A DNA stretch of 64,000 nt, from assembly GCF_001194135.2 (NCBI RefSeq), contig NC_068983.1, forward strand, positions 137,806,734 to 137,870,733. Reading direction: 5' to 3'. The translations under genes were made by a program, and so were the position numbers. Origin of the DNA: Octopus bimaculoides (taxonomy: Eukaryota). Shown here one piece after another: positions 61,640 to 64,000 of this stretch (positions are counted from its first letter, which is position 1; each line of letters starts with the position of its first letter). A model generated the notes under the pieces. The model saw only the letters and a list, made by a program, of their open reading frames with translations. It was not told where the DNA came from and did not search any database.

Positions 61640-62300
61640 TTCGATGGAAAACCTAAGTAAGTCTTTAAGGGATACAGATATTTCAAGCGTTTTTTTTAAT
61701 GAATTAAATTGTATCGAAAAGTATAAAAAATGAGCAGGAAATGATTGCTTCAAGGTTTCTTTCCAATAATTTCTGTAAGTCCTCGAAAGAACGCATACAT
61801 GAAATAACTCTGAAATCCAGAGAAAAATGTGGAAAAAATTGCAAATTTCTAAAGAAAAGTTAATCAAAGGAATTTGTAATTGATGTGGAACCTGAAGACT
61901 CAGAGTTGCAATGAACATAGTTTCTGATCTTTCGGTGCACATGTACCGTTAGTCCTAATGAAAAATAAGATATACTTTGCATGTTTACTTTAAAGCTAAC
62001 AGGCAAAAACCTACAAAGGCCAACTTCTTTGTACTTAGATACTTTAGTGATTGATTTTTAACACTCCAAAAGTTTGAATTTATTGCTTGATCTTACATGG
62101 AAACCGATTTCATTTGGTAAATATTTCGTGTAAGTTTTCTTATTTCTACTTCTATTACATTAGTAAGAAAATGAAGTCATCTTGATAACTCTGTTAAAAA
62201 TTTAAAAAAACATTGAAGTTGATTTTTGCCTGAAGTTATATGTTATCCGTGGGTTTTTGGTTTAGAACGGAGAACGACAGAGGACCTATAGTTTGGTATC
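61640..62300 (+). mobile_element. Possible hAT transposase remnant
   Basis: DISSVFFNELNC...VSFQ and FGKYFV weakly resemble DI..HLNELN..LQG and FGSTY.CE; very decayed. Confidence 0.25.
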
Positions 62301-64000
62301 ATGGAAAAGAATCCTTAAAGTTGAAATTAACCCGACGTCTTTCGTTTACAAATCTACTGGACATTAGGAATACTTTTAAGCAACGTGTCTGGAGGATATT
62401 TATAAACCGAATTGGCAAACCCAATCTACATGTTTGAGCTGGATTTTAACACAATTTCCATTACACACACACTCACCCCGCGACGCACACACGTATGTAT
62501 ATGTATGTGTGTGTGTGTGTGCTTGTGTGTGTGCTTGTGTGTGTGTATTTGTGTGTGTATATTTGTGTGTATAATTGTGTGTATATTTGTGTGTGTGTAT
62601 ATTGTGTGTATATTATGTCAGGTCGCTCTTACAAGTATTCCTGAGCGCTACTGGTAACATGTAATCCAGTACAACCTGTCTCATGGTCGGGTCGTCNNNN
62701 NNNNNNNNNNNNNNNNNNNNNNNNNNNNNNNNNNNNNNNNNNNNNNNNNNNNNNNNNNNNNNNNNNNNNNNNNNNNNNNNNNNNNNNNNNNNNNNNNNNN
62801 NNNNNNNNNNNNNNNNNNNNNNNNNNNNNNNNNNNNNNNNNNNNNNNNNNNNNNNNNNNNNNNNNNNNNNNNNNNNNNNNNNNNNNNNNNNNNNNNNNNN
62901 NNNNNNNNNNNNNNNNNNNNNNNNNNNNNNNNNNNNNNNNNNNNNNNNNNNNNNNNNNNNNNNNNNNNNNNNNNNNNNNNNNNNNNNNNNNNNNNNNNNN
63001 NNNNNNNNNNNNNNNNNNNNNNNNNNNNNNNNNNNNNNNNNNNNNNNNNNNNNNNNNNNNNNNNNNNNNNNNNNNNNNNNNNNNNNNNNNNNNNNNNNNN
63101 NNNNNNNNNNNNNNNNNNNNNNNNNNNNNNNNNNNNNNNNNNNNNNNNNNNNNNNNNNNNNNNNNNNNNNNNNNNNNNNNNNNNNNNNNNNNNNNNNNNN
63201 NNNNNNNNNNNNNNNNNNNNNNNNNNNNNNNNNNNNNNNNNNNNNNNNNNNNNNNNNNNNNNNNNNNNNNNNNNNNNNNNNNNNNNNNNNNNNNNNNNNN
63301 NNNNNNNNNNNNNNNNNNNNNNNNNNNNNNNNNNNNNNNNNNNNNNNNNNNNNNNNNNNNNNNNNNNNNNNNNNNNNNNNNNNNNNNNNNNNNNNNNNNN
63401 NNNNNNNNNNNNNNNNNNNNNNNNNNNNNNNNNNNNNNNNNNNNNNNNNNNNNNNNNNNNNNNNNNNNNNNNNNNNNNNNNNNNNNNNNNNNNNNNNNNN
63501 NNNNCCGAATTCAAATTGATCTACCACTGCTGGCTTGCAGTCTCCTTTTGAGGAAAAGCCTCGGAGAGGATACTCTGATATAAAACCTGCAGTCAACTTA
63601 GTACTAGTCATCTTGCTCTCGCTTGTCACTGGATTATACTATTTTGACCTAGAGAGTGGTAAAGGTGTTGTACAAGCGTTTGTCACTAAAATCCAATGAA
63701 GTACAGATGTCCCCAACAAGACAAAACACTGTCAAATCACAGTCATCTTAGTATGACCCGAGAAAAAATTAGGGAAAAGAAAGAGAGAGAGGAAGGGAAG
63801 GATGGATGGGGGAGGAAGGGAAAAGGAGTGAGAAGGGCAGGAGAGGAGAGGAAGAAAGTAGAAAGGAGGAGAGAAAAGTCCTGTGGCGATGGAGGAGTGG
63901 CAACGTATGCAGACTTGACCGGTTGGAAGCATACAGTTACAAATCTGCACATAAGGCGGCAGGGTTCTTATCTTAACATCGCTAACATGTCTTCATGGAC

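Overview
AT-rich, microsatellite-saturated animal genomic DNA from a gapped draft assembly (16 large N gaps plus several 10-N gaps, roughly 7 kb of N). The repeat families look like those of an octopod cephalopod such as Octopus; this rests on recalled family sequences and needs a database check. No host protein-coding gene, rRNA, tRNA or CRISPR array can be supported, and the long ORFs in the track come from N runs and microsatellites. The window is a transposon graveyard: four SINE-like families (called A-D here, several nested with 11-17 bp target-site duplications), RTE, R4/Dong, Hero-like, L2-like and L1/Tx1-like LINE fragments, at least eight Penelope-like element (PLE) fragments, a Tc1 end and a Helentron-type non-autonomous element. 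The signal worth most attention is a set of about nine hammerhead-ribozyme (HHR) cores. One is a near-canonical minimal type I HHR (24103-24172). Two foldback elements carry outward-facing HHR cores on both arms (17844-18384, 31388-31693). A tandem pair lies downstream of a PLE ORF end (56071-56250). A separate permuted half-hammerhead lies in a Hero 3' UTR. Together these suggest a PLE-derived, ribozyme-bearing non-autonomous retroelement (retrozyme-like) system. All alignments and folds were done by eye, so the boundaries of degenerate fragments are approximate.
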